DNA of 19,928 bases from Elainellaceae cyanobacterium (lineage in GTDB: Bacteria; Cyanobacteriota; Cyanobacteriia; CAZCXK01). The notes beneath the pieces are model-generated. The model was not told the origin of the DNA. It saw only the letters and a program-made list of their open reading frames with translations, and did not search any database. The position numbers and the translations under genes are program-made. Positions within the stretch are counted from its first letter, which is position 1. Each line of letters opens with the position of its first letter. Location of the stretch: assembly GCA_051117555.1 (NCBI GenBank), contig JBNPEG010000219.1:1-19928 (forward strand), in the 5' to 3' direction. Shown here one piece after another: positions 7,454-16,934 of this stretch.

Positions 7454-7546
7454 CTACAGCGATCCTAAATCGCTTGTGAACTGTGTGTGAGCGGTGGGGC
7501 AGGCGACGCCCGCCCCACCGCTCACACCCCATCTGGGATTGCTATA
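7454..7546. mobile_element. MITE-like repeat, copy 1 (CTACAGCGATCC...GGATTGCTATA) with internal GC hairpin
   Basis: Terminal inverted repeats and a 16-bp internal stem (7485-7500/7512-7527). An inverted near-copy lies at 16850-16933. Confidence 0.8.
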
Positions 7547-7643
7547 TACGTCAATGGATATGGGATAGAGACGAGGCGATCGCTCGTTAAGTTTGTATCA
7601 GGCTGCCTACTATCTAGCTAATCTACCGGGTTTAGAACCTTAT

Positions 7644-8696
7644 TTAGGGTAATAGGGGCGCTCCCCGCGTTATTGGGTCACTGTTGCCGAATAACACCAG
7701 CCAAATCGGAATGGTTAAGAGCAGCATCCCGGTGGTTAAGACAACGCTACCGGCAATAAGTTCTCGGTCGAGATCATATTCTTCTGCCAAAATCAATCCC
7801 GCAAAGGCGGTTGGCATTCCTGACATCAGCACAAGGGCAAGTCTCGGATAGGCTGGCAACCCAATCAAAACCGCTATTAATCCTACCATTGCCGGAAGCA
7901 CGAAAATCTTAAGCGTCATCGGAAGTAGGGCAAGTTTCAAACTTTTCCAGCCGTTGATCTGGCTTACCCTCATTCCCATGAGCAGCAGCGCCATGGGAAT
8001 GACAACCCAGATTGAGCGATGCAAAACCGTTTCAATGACGGGATTGAGAGAAATTGGGCGAGACGCATATCCCACGGCAAATGCCCAGAGTGACGGAACA
8101 GTTAAGACATCTCGAATCTGCAACCACCCCGTCTGAAGGGAGGCAGTGCGTCCAAAATAGCTGGCGATATAGACTCCTAGCCCATACGTGCCAACCACAT
8201 TGTGAATTACGCTGTACAAAACCACCCAGCTTAGGGCCTGTTCATCCACGAAGACGGGAGCGATCGCTAACCCTACAAACCCTGTATTGCCAATCATCGA
8301 TGACAGTATAAAACTGCCTCGACGCGATCGCATCGCCCATGTCGCCTGGTCATCCACTGGGGTTGAACTGGGTTCAAGAGAAAGTTCGGGCAACCGTTCA
8401 GGGTGCGCGCTAGTAGCCTGCTGTCGCGATCGCCAATAGCTCAATCCTCTAAGACTCAGCCAACTGAGCAATAAACCTCCGATCAACGCGCCGACCGCAA
8501 AGATAGGAACCCATCCCACCTGTTGAGCAAACTCAGACTCCCTGGCTAGAACCCCAATCTCAAGAGGAACTCCGACCCAGTATAGGGCGCGCCCTAACAT
8601 GCGAGGAAACGCATCGGGCAAAATGCGGAATATCAGCAGCCCCAGCCCAGACCACAGCAGTAATGGCAGATATGCCTGAATCAATGTATCTGTCAT
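7644..8696 (-). CDS. AEC (auxin efflux carrier/membrane transport protein) family transporter
   Basis: About 10 hydrophobic segments with GNTGFVG, PSLWAF and SGMPTAFAGLILAEEYDLD motifs. ATG at 8696. Confidence 0.9.
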   Translation of the reverse strand: MTDTLIQAYLPLLLWSGLGLLIFRILPDAFPRMLGRALYWVGVPLEIGVLARESEFAQQVGWVPIFAVGALIGGLLLSWLSLRGLSYWRSRQQATSAHPERLPELSLEPSSTPVDDQATWAMRSRRGSFILSSMIGNTGFVGLAIAPVFVDEQALSWVVLYSVIHNVVGTYGLGVYIASYFGRTASLQTGWLQIRDVLTVPSLWAFAVGYASRPISLNPVIETVLHRSIWVVIPMALLLMGMRVSQINGWKSLKLALLPMTLKIFVLPAMVGLIAVLIGLPAYPRLALVLMSGMPTAFAGLILAEEYDLDRELIAGSVVLTTGMLLLTIPIWLVLFGNSDPITRGAPLLP

Positions 8697-8768
8697 GAAA
8701 AAATCACAACCCGATAGAGACAAAACTTAGGCATATCAGTTCAATCAGCAGAACTCATCAGCGAAATG

Positions 8769-11099
8769 CTATTCCCCTACGGAAAAGCTTTGAATTTTCC
8801 ACTGGTCATCATCGCGAACTAACTGATATTGAACAGCAAGATTGCTGTCATATGATTGGGTCGAATCGACTTGGTCGTCTCGATATAGCTCGCCCACTTC
8901 AGTCACCGACACCTCTACAATAGCCTGGTCAGGATCATCCTCAAATAGTTCTACTGACGTGACTTCGAGGGTGGGATGTTCATATTCCCAGTGCTCTCCA
9001 TCCTGTCGAACTTCTTCGACTCGATTGATCTGTTGGGTCAGCGCCGGGTCAACTAGGATGTCATCTAAAGCTTCCACTTCATAGTCTGGGCCTAGTGCCT
9101 CCGATTTTGCCTCAAACCAAGTTTGGATAACATTTTCAGCCCGATCTAGGGTGAGCGGCCCTTCTAAATCGGTGGCGGCTTGCTCGTCCGGTACAGGTGG
9201 TTCTGGAATCGGTATCACCGGCTCATTGAGAGTGATTTGGAGCTGTTCGCCTTCTAAGGGTGACCCGGTGAAGCTCTGGCTCAGCCACCCATAGATTCGG
9301 CTAACCAGAAACCACAACACAATAATGCCGACGAAACCCATTGCCAATAAAAAGACTAGGCGGTCAAGCCGGGGAGCACGGCGAATGCTGTTTCCTCGGC
9401 GGCGGGTCGTTGCCTCATTGCCTCCGTGCAGTCCATTGGCTCGTCGAGCCTGCGGGTCAGTATCACCTTGATGCGATCGCCCCCGATTTGAACGAGCATG
9501 TCGAGAGCCTGATCCGGCATCAGATCCATTCAGCCGACCCTCCGGTGAGAGCTGCGAAATTCGTTCAGCGGCAGGCATCGTCGAGACACTTCTATCGCCC
9601 AACCCCTCCGATCCGTGATTGGGTTCAGCGGTTGCCGTGGCTCCTACCGACTCATCTCCAAAGACCCCACTCCGTACTCGGCTAGTAGGCCGGCTGCCAT
9701 AGGCGTTTGCATCATCATAAGCAGACTCATATCGAGAGGCTCCCAAGCTTTGAGAGGCTCCATACGAAACCCGCGATGATGATGCCATCGGCCACTGATT
9801 CATGGGCTCAGGTTCGTTCGGTAATTCCTCTAAATACGCTTGAACATGCTCGTCTGCAAAATAGTCCTTTAGAGACGCTTGCTGCTGCGCCAAATCTCGG
9901 AAATGAGGGAAAACTTCATTTTGCAGCCATCGCTCACTGTAGAGGCAAAGCCCTGGCAGCAAATCAGGCGAGTCTTTCGAGTGTTCTCGAATAAACGCTA
10001 GCGACGGATACTCTTGGCTTCGCTCTAACGCATGGCTGGCTTCTTCGGTCTGGCCTAGCAGTAGCGCGCAAATAGCTTGTTCTAAATAAACATCTTGTCG
10101 AGACACTAGACGGACTAACATCAGCTTAGCTCGCCGAATTAGGGAGGGCTGCCGCTGGGCAAAGCCCCGCGCCAACAGCGCATACACTGCTAAATAAGTT
10201 GCCACTGCTGATGGGCGACGAGCTTCACTCTCAAATAGCGTTTGCTGCTCGGCAGCCGTCAGATAGCCTCGAAGCTGTTGGATAAATCTCAAGAAGTCAT
10301 CTGTATTTAAGCCAGATTGGTCGTCCCCGATCCCATCAATCCCTCCCCGTTCTTGAAGCATATCTTGCAACAAGCTCAACCCCTGTCGACGAGCTGCGTG
10401 ATGGTCTTCTGGCAGGGCAAGCAGTTCTAGAATTCGGTACGGTCGTAACTTAAATAAATCAGCCTGCATTTCACCTCGGACACTCGGGAACAATCCTTCG
10501 CGGAGTAAGAGCTCTTGCCCAGTTTCTAAGGACTCGGCAGCATTTTCATATTGACCTTGCTGCCATTGCTCGCGTCCTAACTCTAAACAGGATAATGCAA
10601 CTGTCAGCACAATATCGGCAGCGACGATGTCCGGGTCTCCAAAGCGCCCATTATCAAGCCCGATACTACCGCTACTTAAGTAGGGGCGACCCAACTTTAA
10701 AACCAGCTCATATTCACCAAGCTCTAACAAAATGAGCAAAGCACCCACAAGCTGATGGTCGTCGATCTCAATGCTGGGAGTGTAGAGATCAAGGCTATCA
10801 TCTGAGGTCAAAAGCTGTCCGTTTTGGGGCGTGCTAGTTTTGTGCGGAGTTTCAAATCTAGATGACTCTGAATCATAGGAACGAGCTAGAAACCGACTGT
10901 CATAGTCTTGACGCTGATCAGGATTAGAAAGAACGTCATAGGCTTCGTCAATGAGCTGTCTGCGAGCGGCGATCGCAGCGTCTGAATATTCACGACGAGG
11001 GAGCTGCAGCGTGCGATCGCGATGAGCTTGCTGTAGCTGTTCAGGCGTTGCCTGAATTGGTAAGCCAAGAATTCTGTAATAATCAAGCGGAATTCGCAC
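8769..11099 (-). CDS. ftn2: Cell division protein Ftn2/ZipN (ARC6 homolog; J-like domain, TM helix, IMS/DUF4101 domain)
   Basis: N-terminal RIPLDYYRILG J-like domain, LPGLCLYSERWL motif, one TM helix and a C-terminal IMS-like domain. GTG 11099 is preferred; ATG 11108 is an alternative. Confidence 0.93.
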   Translation of the reverse strand: MRIPLDYYRILGLPIQATPEQLQQAHRDRTLQLPRREYSDAAIAARRQLIDEAYDVLSNPDQRQDYDSRFLARSYDSESSRFETPHKTSTPQNGQLLTSDDSLDLYTPSIEIDDHQLVGALLILLELGEYELVLKLGRPYLSSGSIGLDNGRFGDPDIVAADIVLTVALSCLELGREQWQQGQYENAAESLETGQELLLREGLFPSVRGEMQADLFKLRPYRILELLALPEDHHAARRQGLSLLQDMLQERGGIDGIGDDQSGLNTDDFLRFIQQLRGYLTAAEQQTLFESEARRPSAVATYLAVYALLARGFAQRQPSLIRRAKLMLVRLVSRQDVYLEQAICALLLGQTEEASHALERSQEYPSLAFIREHSKDSPDLLPGLCLYSERWLQNEVFPHFRDLAQQQASLKDYFADEHVQAYLEELPNEPEPMNQWPMASSSRVSYGASQSLGASRYESAYDDANAYGSRPTSRVRSGVFGDESVGATATAEPNHGSEGLGDRSVSTMPAAERISQLSPEGRLNGSDAGSGSRHARSNRGRSHQGDTDPQARRANGLHGGNEATTRRRGNSIRRAPRLDRLVFLLAMGFVGIIVLWFLVSRIYGWLSQSFTGSPLEGEQLQITLNEPVIPIPEPPVPDEQAATDLEGPLTLDRAENVIQTWFEAKSEALGPDYEVEALDDILVDPALTQQINRVEEVRQDGEHWEYEHPTLEVTSVELFEDDPDQAIVEVSVTEVGELYRDDQVDSTQSYDSNLAVQYQLVRDDDQWKIQSFSVGE

Positions 11100-11108
11100 G
11101 GTCCACAT

Positions 11109-11720
11109 CCCCAGCTATCGAGCCACGTCAAGAACAACAACGTCAACCAGATGATTTCAACGATAATAGCGTATGCCCACGTATGCATTACACTATATAT
11201 GGATCGTTAAATCAATCTTTAGACATTCGCATATATATAGAATTGCATCCATAGTACAAACAGTTAGCCCTTCTGTGACTAATTCCGTTAGATTTAGTGG
11301 CAATTTTTGTCTTTGTCACCAAAATTTAAGCAGATGAGAGCAAGCGCTCACGGGGGGCAGAATTCTCAACGTGAGAAAATCCTGTGAAATTGTTATTCAA
11401 CCCTTGTTAACATCTAGAGTTGCAATCCATACTGTTTTTATATTGAGATTTTGTGTTAAGACTGGTTTGCTATTAAGAGTGGTTTTACGATCGAGAGCTA
11501 AGAGATGTAAAGATATAGCCCCATACCCTGAAATAATGGGTGATGTGTAGCGTGTTTACGGCGTCTCCTCCTCTGCCGATATTAACCGAGCTCATAGGCT
11601 TGAGTCATTGAGTCGATCAAGCCGAGCAAATTGCGTTTACCCAACCAATCACGATTCATTCCCTTACGTGAGCTATGTTGGAAGGCCAAATTTCTTATAT
11701 TGCAAGGATACTGCGAATTA
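11109..11720. promoter_or_regulatory. Divergent ftn2/pdhA promoter region
   Basis: AT-rich intergenic region between divergently transcribed genes. No specific site identified. Confidence 0.5.
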
Positions 11721-12752
11721 ATGGTTCACGAACGAGTACTGCCAACCTTCTCATCTCCTGCTCCAACCATTACTCGGGAGGAGGGGCTGAAGATATATGA
11801 AGATATGACATTGGGGCGCACCTTTGAAGACAAATGTGCCGAAATGTATTATCGCGGCAAAATGTTTGGCTTCGTGCATCTTTACAATGGGCAAGAAGCC
11901 GTGTCATCCGGTGTCATTACATCCATGCGCCCCGATGATTTTGTGTGTAGCACATACCGCGATCACGTCCATGCGCTGAGCGCAGGGGTGCCAGCGAAGC
12001 AGGTCATGGCAGAACTGTTTGGGAAAGAAACCGGATGCAGCAAAGGGCGCGGTGGCTCCATGCACTTGTTTTCAGCAGAGCATAATCTGCTTGGGGGGTT
12101 TGCCTTTGTCGCAGAAGGTATTCCAGTGGGCACCGGAGCAGCGTTTCAGTCGAAATATCGGCGCGAAATGCTTGGAGACGAGAGCGCTGACCAGGTTACG
12201 GCATGCTTTTTTGGGGATGGCGCGACGAATAACGGGCAGTTTTTTGAGTGCCTCAACATGGCAGCGTTGTGGAAACTCCCGATTATCTACGTCGTTGAAA
12301 ACAACAAATGGGCGATCGGAATGGCTCACGAACGAGCCACCTCGCAACCTGAGATTTACAAAAAGGCAGGTGTATTTGGGATGCACGGCGTTGAAGTCGA
12401 TGGAATGGATGTATTGGCGGTGCGAGCGGTTGCTCAAGAAGCCGTTGCCCGGGCGCGGGCGGGTGAAGGGCCTACACTCATCGAAGCATTAACCTATCGA
12501 TTCCGCGGTCACTCATTGGCAGACCCAGACGAATTGCGATCCAAGAGCGAAAAGGAAAAATGGTTTGCTCGTGATCCGATTAAGCGATTTGCATCCTACC
12601 TCACCGAACAGAATTTGGTGAATCAGGACGAGCTCAAGGAGATTGAGCGTCGGATTCAGAAAGATATTGAGGAAGCGGTTGTATTTGCTGAGCAGAGTCC
12701 AGAACCTAGCGCAAAAGACTTATATCGTTATGTCTTTGCAGACAATGAGTAA
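11721..12752 (+). CDS. pdhA: Pyruvate dehydrogenase E1 component subunit alpha
   Basis: [26 protein letters not shown] motif GDGA...ENN and [15 protein letters not shown] 11721 (MVHERVLP) is the probable start. Confidence 0.97.
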   Translation: MVHERVLPTFSSPAPTITREEGLKIYEDMTLGRTFEDKCAEMYYRGKMFGFVHLYNGQEAVSSGVITSMRPDDFVCSTYRDHVHALSAGVPAKQVMAELFGKETGCSKGRGGSMHLFSAEHNLLGGFAFVAEGIPVGTGAAFQSKYRREMLGDESADQVTACFFGDGATNNGQFFECLNMAALWKLPIIYVVENNKWAIGMAHERATSQPEIYKKAGVFGMHGVEVDGMDVLAVRAVAQEAVARARAGEGPTLIEALTYRFRGHSLADPDELRSKSEKEKWFARDPIKRFASYLTEQNLVNQDELKEIERRIQKDIEEAVVFAEQSPEPSAKDLYRYVFADNE

Positions 12753-12826
12753 TATGGAGACATTGAGGCAGCAATTAAATAATGCTGCTTCAATAAAAGA
12801 CGTTGCTTTTATTCAAATTACTCATT

Positions 12827-13084
12827 ATGTCTGATCCTCGGATGTATCAAGAAGATGCATTTGTTTTGCTAGAGTCTGGGCAAGACGAGCAGTTTTTGGC
12901 TCCAGATGAGATGTTAGAAAAGCTGAAAGCTGTCTTGGGACAACACCCAGACAGCCTGCCGCGGGATGCTCAGCAATTCAGTGACCTAGAGGATCAGGCA
13001 CGATGTGTATTACATACCTCGTGTGAGTTGAGTGTCGCTCCTGGGCAGTATCTTCAATGGTATGCCGTCAGGTTAGAAAAGTAG
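12827..13084 (+). CDS. crr7: Chlororespiratory reduction protein 7 (CRR7/DUF3571), NDH-1 assembly factor
   Basis: MSDPRMYQEDAFVLLE...EQFL...TSCEL...PGQYLQWYAVRLEK signature. Confidence 0.88.
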   Translation: MSDPRMYQEDAFVLLESGQDEQFLAPDEMLEKLKAVLGQHPDSLPRDAQQFSDLEDQARCVLHTSCELSVAPGQYLQWYAVRLEK

Positions 13085-13090
13085 GGTGCA

Positions 13091-13648
13091 TCAAGTCTGT
13101 GGGGCTGCGTCTGAAATGAGCGCCAATTCAATTTCATCCTCGTCGATCTGAGTTAGCCTTGCCCGAATCTCTGGGCCAAAAAATGTTTCGATTTTTTCCT
13201 GCCTTTGCTGCCAGGTTTTGAAGTCAATCAATGGAGATTCAAAGTGCAGAACCAGGGCGTATGCACCCTCAATTGATTCTTCTCGCAAAGATTGTAGGGT
13301 GGGGCACTCTTCGTCAGTAGGGCTGAGCCCAAGACGCTCTAGCGAAACGTCAAGGTGTGCCTCCTGCCCGTAGCGATAGCGAGTTACGTCTTTAAGAACT
13401 TGCTTTTGGGTGTCGGTCGCTTGCTGCTCTCGAAGTTTGATCACCTCAGGTGGTGTTGGCGGTGAAATAGGGGTGGGTTTGAGTTCAGAGGCTTTGAGGG
13501 CAAACCCTCCTAACAATACCGGAATCCCGTAAAAGAATCCTGCGAGGTTGAGTGTGGCATTGTCAGTGAAATAAGCGATGAAACCCATAACGGTCAAGGC
13601 ACCGCCGATGATTAAGCCTAACGTTCCGAGCGAAGTTTGAGGAAGCAT
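13091..13648 (-). CDS. DUF2854 family membrane protein
   Basis: Two N-terminal TM helices, FFYGIPVLLGGFALKASELKP, KDVTRYRYGQEAHLD and FFGP. Confidence 0.88.
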   Translation of the reverse strand: MLPQTSLGTLGLIIGGALTVMGFIAYFTDNATLNLAGFFYGIPVLLGGFALKASELKPTPISPPTPPEVIKLREQQATDTQKQVLKDVTRYRYGQEAHLDVSLERLGLSPTDEECPTLQSLREESIEGAYALVLHFESPLIDFKTWQQRQEKIETFFGPEIRARLTQIDEDEIELALISDAAPQT

Positions 13649-13818
13649 GACGTGCTGGTTGCAATAAGTTATTGGATAGATTATTCATCATAGCTCTGCT
13701 TACGGTCTGGGACTTGCACGTTCTATTCGATTGCCCAATTTTTAATTGAGTCTGAGATGATTGAATGAGGTGAGCTATTCTAAGACCAGTGCTTTCGTGA
13801 TTTGAGGAGCTAAATAGC

Positions 13819-14007
13819 GTGGAACCTAATGAAATTCGTGAACGGATTGGCACCATTGAAAGCAAACGGGAATCATTGGTGCAATTGCTAGAACAGCCTA
13901 ATTTGGGTACGTTACGAATTGACGTCAATCAAGCAATTGAGGAAATTGACGATTTGCTCGAAGAATTTGAGCGGACGTTTCCTGCTTCTAATGATGGCGG
14001 TAACTAA
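13819..14007 (+). CDS. Small conserved cyanobacterial coiled-coil protein
   Basis: GAGGAG SD and GTG start. LLEQPNLGTLRIDVNQAIEEIDDLLEEF matches a recalled conserved small protein. Confidence 0.75.
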   Translation: MEPNEIRERIGTIESKRESLVQLLEQPNLGTLRIDVNQAIEEIDDLLEEFERTFPASNDGGN

Positions 14008-14101
14008 GTGCGTTGATTTGTGAAAAGATAGTCAGTGCGATCGCCATTTCCGCCGTCGCCTTTTCGTTATTGCTTGTTTGTTACTAAATGCTTGTTACGT
14101 T

Positions 14102-14425
14102 ATGGCTGAAGCATATTCCGTTGAAATTCGTCATCAAGGCACTGTCAGCACTGTAACGGTGCCTGCCGATCAGACGATTCTTTCTGTCGCGCTCAATCAG
14201 GGCTTAGAGCTTCCCTATTCGTGTAGTGCGGGAGTTTGTACAACCTGTGCCGCCCACGTGTTGGAGGGAGACGTTGACCAAAGTGACGCGATGGGGCTTA
14301 GTCCTGACTTGCAGGAACAGGGCTATGTATTGTTATGCAGTGCATATCCCCGGTCTGATCTCACGATTGAAACCGAGAAAGAGGAAAAGGTTTACCAGCT
14401 ACAGTTTGGTCAATTCCAGTCATAG
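14102..14425 (+). CDS. Plant-type 2Fe-2S ferredoxin, Fed3/FdC1-like with C-terminal extension
   Basis: CSAGVCTTC...LLC motif and EKEEKVYQLQFG tail. ATG 14102. Confidence 0.92.
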   Translation: MAEAYSVEIRHQGTVSTVTVPADQTILSVALNQGLELPYSCSAGVCTTCAAHVLEGDVDQSDAMGLSPDLQEQGYVLLCSAYPRSDLTIETEKEEKVYQLQFGQFQS

Positions 14426-14453
14426 GTGAATTTAAGGTGACTCGGGTTAGATA

Positions 14454-14654
14454 ATGAATCTTGAGTTTATGACCATAGAAATTGACATTCAAGACTTTGC
14501 TGGTCACCTTCACCCAGCCATCGAAACCCGGCTTGCTGCGTATGGCAGCCCGTTGCGGTGGGCGATTACGTCAATTGACTCGGCTAACCCGATGCGGCAA
14601 AAAGCATACGTTGATGCCGTCGTTGTCGTTGAGCGGGATGCATCAGTCGCTTGA
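14454..14654 (+). CDS. Small conserved cyanobacterial hypothetical protein
   Basis: AIETRLAAYGSPLRWAIT...AYVDAVV motif. Overlaps the DUF3326 start by 4 nt. Confidence 0.7.
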   Translation: MNLEFMTIEIDIQDFAGHLHPAIETRLAAYGSPLRWAITSIDSANPMRQKAYVDAVVVVERDASVA

Positions 14655-15754
14655 AACATCGACCTTATACCGCAATGTTGCTTGTCCCGACTGGGGTGGG
14701 AGCAGCGATTGGTGGCTATGCGGGGGATGCCTTGCCCGTAGCGCGAGCGATCGCCCATGTGGTTGATCGCTTGATTACCCATCCCAATGTGTTGAATGGC
14801 GCACACCTATATTGGGCACTCGATAATGCATTTTATGTCGAGGGCTATGGCTTGGATCAGCTTGCTGCCGGGAATTGGGGCATACGCCCGGTGCATCAAA
14901 ACCGAATTGGGATCGTCTTTGACAAAGCGATTGAGCCTGAACTTAGGCTGCGTCATCTACAGGCGGCAGATGCAACCCGGGCAACGCTAGGGCTCAATCT
15001 GACCGATTATGTGGTGACGGATGAGCCCCTGGGAGTGGAGCTACAAACTGCCGCTTCGGGCACAACGTGGGGTACGCTTCGTCACCCCGATAGCGTATTG
15101 CGAGCTGTTGACCGGCTGATTACCCATACCCAGGCTGAGGCGATCGCCATTGTCGCTAGATTTCCAGATGATGACGGCAGCGAGGCTCTCCAAGACTATC
15201 GGCAGGGGCGTGGGGTTGATCCGCTCGCAGGAGCAGAAGCCGTAATTAGCCACTTGGTGGTGAAAACCTTTCAAATTCCGTGTGCTCATGCGCCCGCATT
15301 GCTGCCGCTGCCCCTTGATCCTGGTTTGTCGCCACGTTCTGCCGCTGAGGAAATTGGATATACGTTTTTACCGTGCGTCTTGGTAGGTCTGAGTCGGGCT
15401 CCTCAGTTTGTCACCGATCGGGCGATCGCCTCCAACACCACAATCTGGGCCGATGATGTTGATGCGGTTATTGTGCCAGCGAGTGCCTGTGGCGGCAGCG
15501 CAGTCCTGAGTCTGGGCGCGTCATCGACTCAAGTGATTGCTGTGGCTGAGAACACGACTCGCATGAATGTCACCCCCGATCAGGTAGGAATCGATGCGGT
15601 GTGGGTCGAGTCTTACCTAGAAGCGATCGGCGTCCTCGTCGCCCATCAAGCGGGGATCAGCGCGGCTGCCCTGCGCCCAAACTTAGCATCGCTTCAGCCG
15701 TTAGCGGAGTCAACGCACAGGGAACATCTGCAAGACATCGGCTGTAGATGTTAG
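14651..15754 (+). CDS. DUF3326 domain protein
   Basis: VPTGVGAAIGGYAGDALP, LITHPNVLNGA, GVDPLAGAEAVISH and PRSAAEEIGYTFLPCVLVGL. Confidence 0.92.
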   Translation: MKHRPYTAMLLVPTGVGAAIGGYAGDALPVARAIAHVVDRLITHPNVLNGAHLYWALDNAFYVEGYGLDQLAAGNWGIRPVHQNRIGIVFDKAIEPELRLRHLQAADATRATLGLNLTDYVVTDEPLGVELQTAASGTTWGTLRHPDSVLRAVDRLITHTQAEAIAIVARFPDDDGSEALQDYRQGRGVDPLAGAEAVISHLVVKTFQIPCAHAPALLPLPLDPGLSPRSAAEEIGYTFLPCVLVGLSRAPQFVTDRAIASNTTIWADDVDAVIVPASACGGSAVLSLGASSTQVIAVAENTTRMNVTPDQVGIDAVWVESYLEAIGVLVAHQAGISAAALRPNLASLQPLAESTHREHLQDIGCRC

Positions 15755-15861
15755 GGTTGAGCATAATGCTTAGATGATCCCCATCCGGTCTGCTAAATCT
15801 ACGGTGTTTGTCAATCGATAGTACTCCAACCTGTGTCAACCTGTTTTATCCCACGTTAGCC

Positions 15862-16440
15862 GTGACTAAGCCAATTTTGCCTGAACCCGACATAGAACCT
15901 CTCAGTCGCGAACAGATTTTGGTTGCGATGGGGATTACTGCCATCGTGCTACTTATTATTTCCCGATTGTGGTTGATGTTTACGCCATACCGCCTGCTTC
16001 CGCTTAATTTCTCGGTGCAAACGGTCCTAATCGGCATTGGACTTGGCATTGGCATTACTGGCTTGAGCAGCATTGTATATTCAATTTGGCCCGCCTATCA
16101 AAATAGCGCTGATTATTATCTCAAGCTGGTGCTTCAGCCGCTGCACTGGGCTGATTTAATCTGGCTTGGTTTGTTACCGGGTCTTAGTGAAGAGCTTTTG
16201 TTTCGAGGCGTGCTGCTACCAACTATCGGGCTGACCCCATTTGGGGTCGTTATATCGGGCCTGTGCTTTGGCGTGCTTCATTTTAGCGGATCTCAGCAAT
16301 GGCCCTACGTCATATGGGCGACTGTGATTGGTATTGTCCTGGGATACGGGGCGCTCGGCACCGGCAGTCTTGCCGTTCCAATTCTGGCGCACATTACGAC
16401 CAATTTTGTCTCAAGCTGCATCTGGAAGGCGAGCAGTTAA
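15862..16440 (+). CDS. CPBP family (Abi/CAAX type II) intramembrane glutamic endopeptidase
   Basis: EELLFRG, FGVLH and H-x3-N (AHITTN) motifs with multiple TM helices. GTG 15862 is a likely start; TTG 15808 is an alternative. Confidence 0.9.
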   Translation: MTKPILPEPDIEPLSREQILVAMGITAIVLLIISRLWLMFTPYRLLPLNFSVQTVLIGIGLGIGITGLSSIVYSIWPAYQNSADYYLKLVLQPLHWADLIWLGLLPGLSEELLFRGVLLPTIGLTPFGVVISGLCFGVLHFSGSQQWPYVIWATVIGIVLGYGALGTGSLAVPILAHITTNFVSSCIWKASS

Positions 16441-16503
16441 GGGTTTGTAAAGAACGACGTCACGGTTTAATCGAGTCAGAGGTGACACGCTCCCTCCCAA
16501 TTC

Positions 16504-16746
16504 TCAGTAATGAGCTGCTAGCCGCTGGATACAACCATCCTGAATAGCGTCTCGTAAGATGGATAATAGGGCGCAGTCTCGACGTGACAGGTTGCCCACG
16601 CGGATTATCTGTTTGATTTGAGCTTCGACCGCTGGAGTCAATTCCCCAACGGTGAGAGCAGTGCGGATATAGGTTTCTAGATGATCGGTCTTTGAACTGT
16701 GCAGAGAAGAGTCAGGCAGGGTGAAATTCCAATCGGTATGCTTCAT
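16504..16746 (-). CDS. Small cyanobacterial hypothetical protein
   Basis: ATG ORF. IRTALTVGELTPAVEAQI...LSILRDAIQDGCI resembles a recalled family of small cyanobacterial helical proteins. Confidence 0.65.
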   Translation of the reverse strand: MKHTDWNFTLPDSSLHSSKTDHLETYIRTALTVGELTPAVEAQIKQIIRVGNLSRRDCALLSILRDAIQDGCIQRLAAHY

Positions 16747-16849
16747 CGATACGGATAAAAATGCATCTGATGAAGATCTTCACGATTGCCGAGTTCAATT
16801 CCTGATGCGCGTCATCACCTCTATGGTCTGCCAATCATTTTTAGCCCAC

Positions 16850-16933
16850 CTATAGCAATCCCAGATGGGTTGTGAGGGCGGCGCCTGCACCACCACTCAC
16901 ACACAATTCACGAGCGATTTAGGATCGCTATAG
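16850..16933. mobile_element. MITE-like repeat, copy 2 (CTATAGCAATCC...GGATCGCTATAG)
   Basis: The reverse complement aligns end to end with 7454-7546, apart from a few substitutions and a 10-nt deletion in the hairpin arm. Confidence 0.8.
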
Positions 16934-16934
16934 A

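Noticed and set aside
11631..11720. 30-aa N-terminal extension of PdhA from TTG 11631
   Set aside because: Cyanobacterial PdhA starts at MV.ER.LP (ATG 11721). The extension is an ORF-caller artefact.
8769..16440. ftn2-pdhA-crr7-DUF2854-ferredoxin-DUF3326-CPBP block as a novel system
   Set aside because: These are ordinary conserved cyanobacterial core genes with mixed orientation and unrelated functions.
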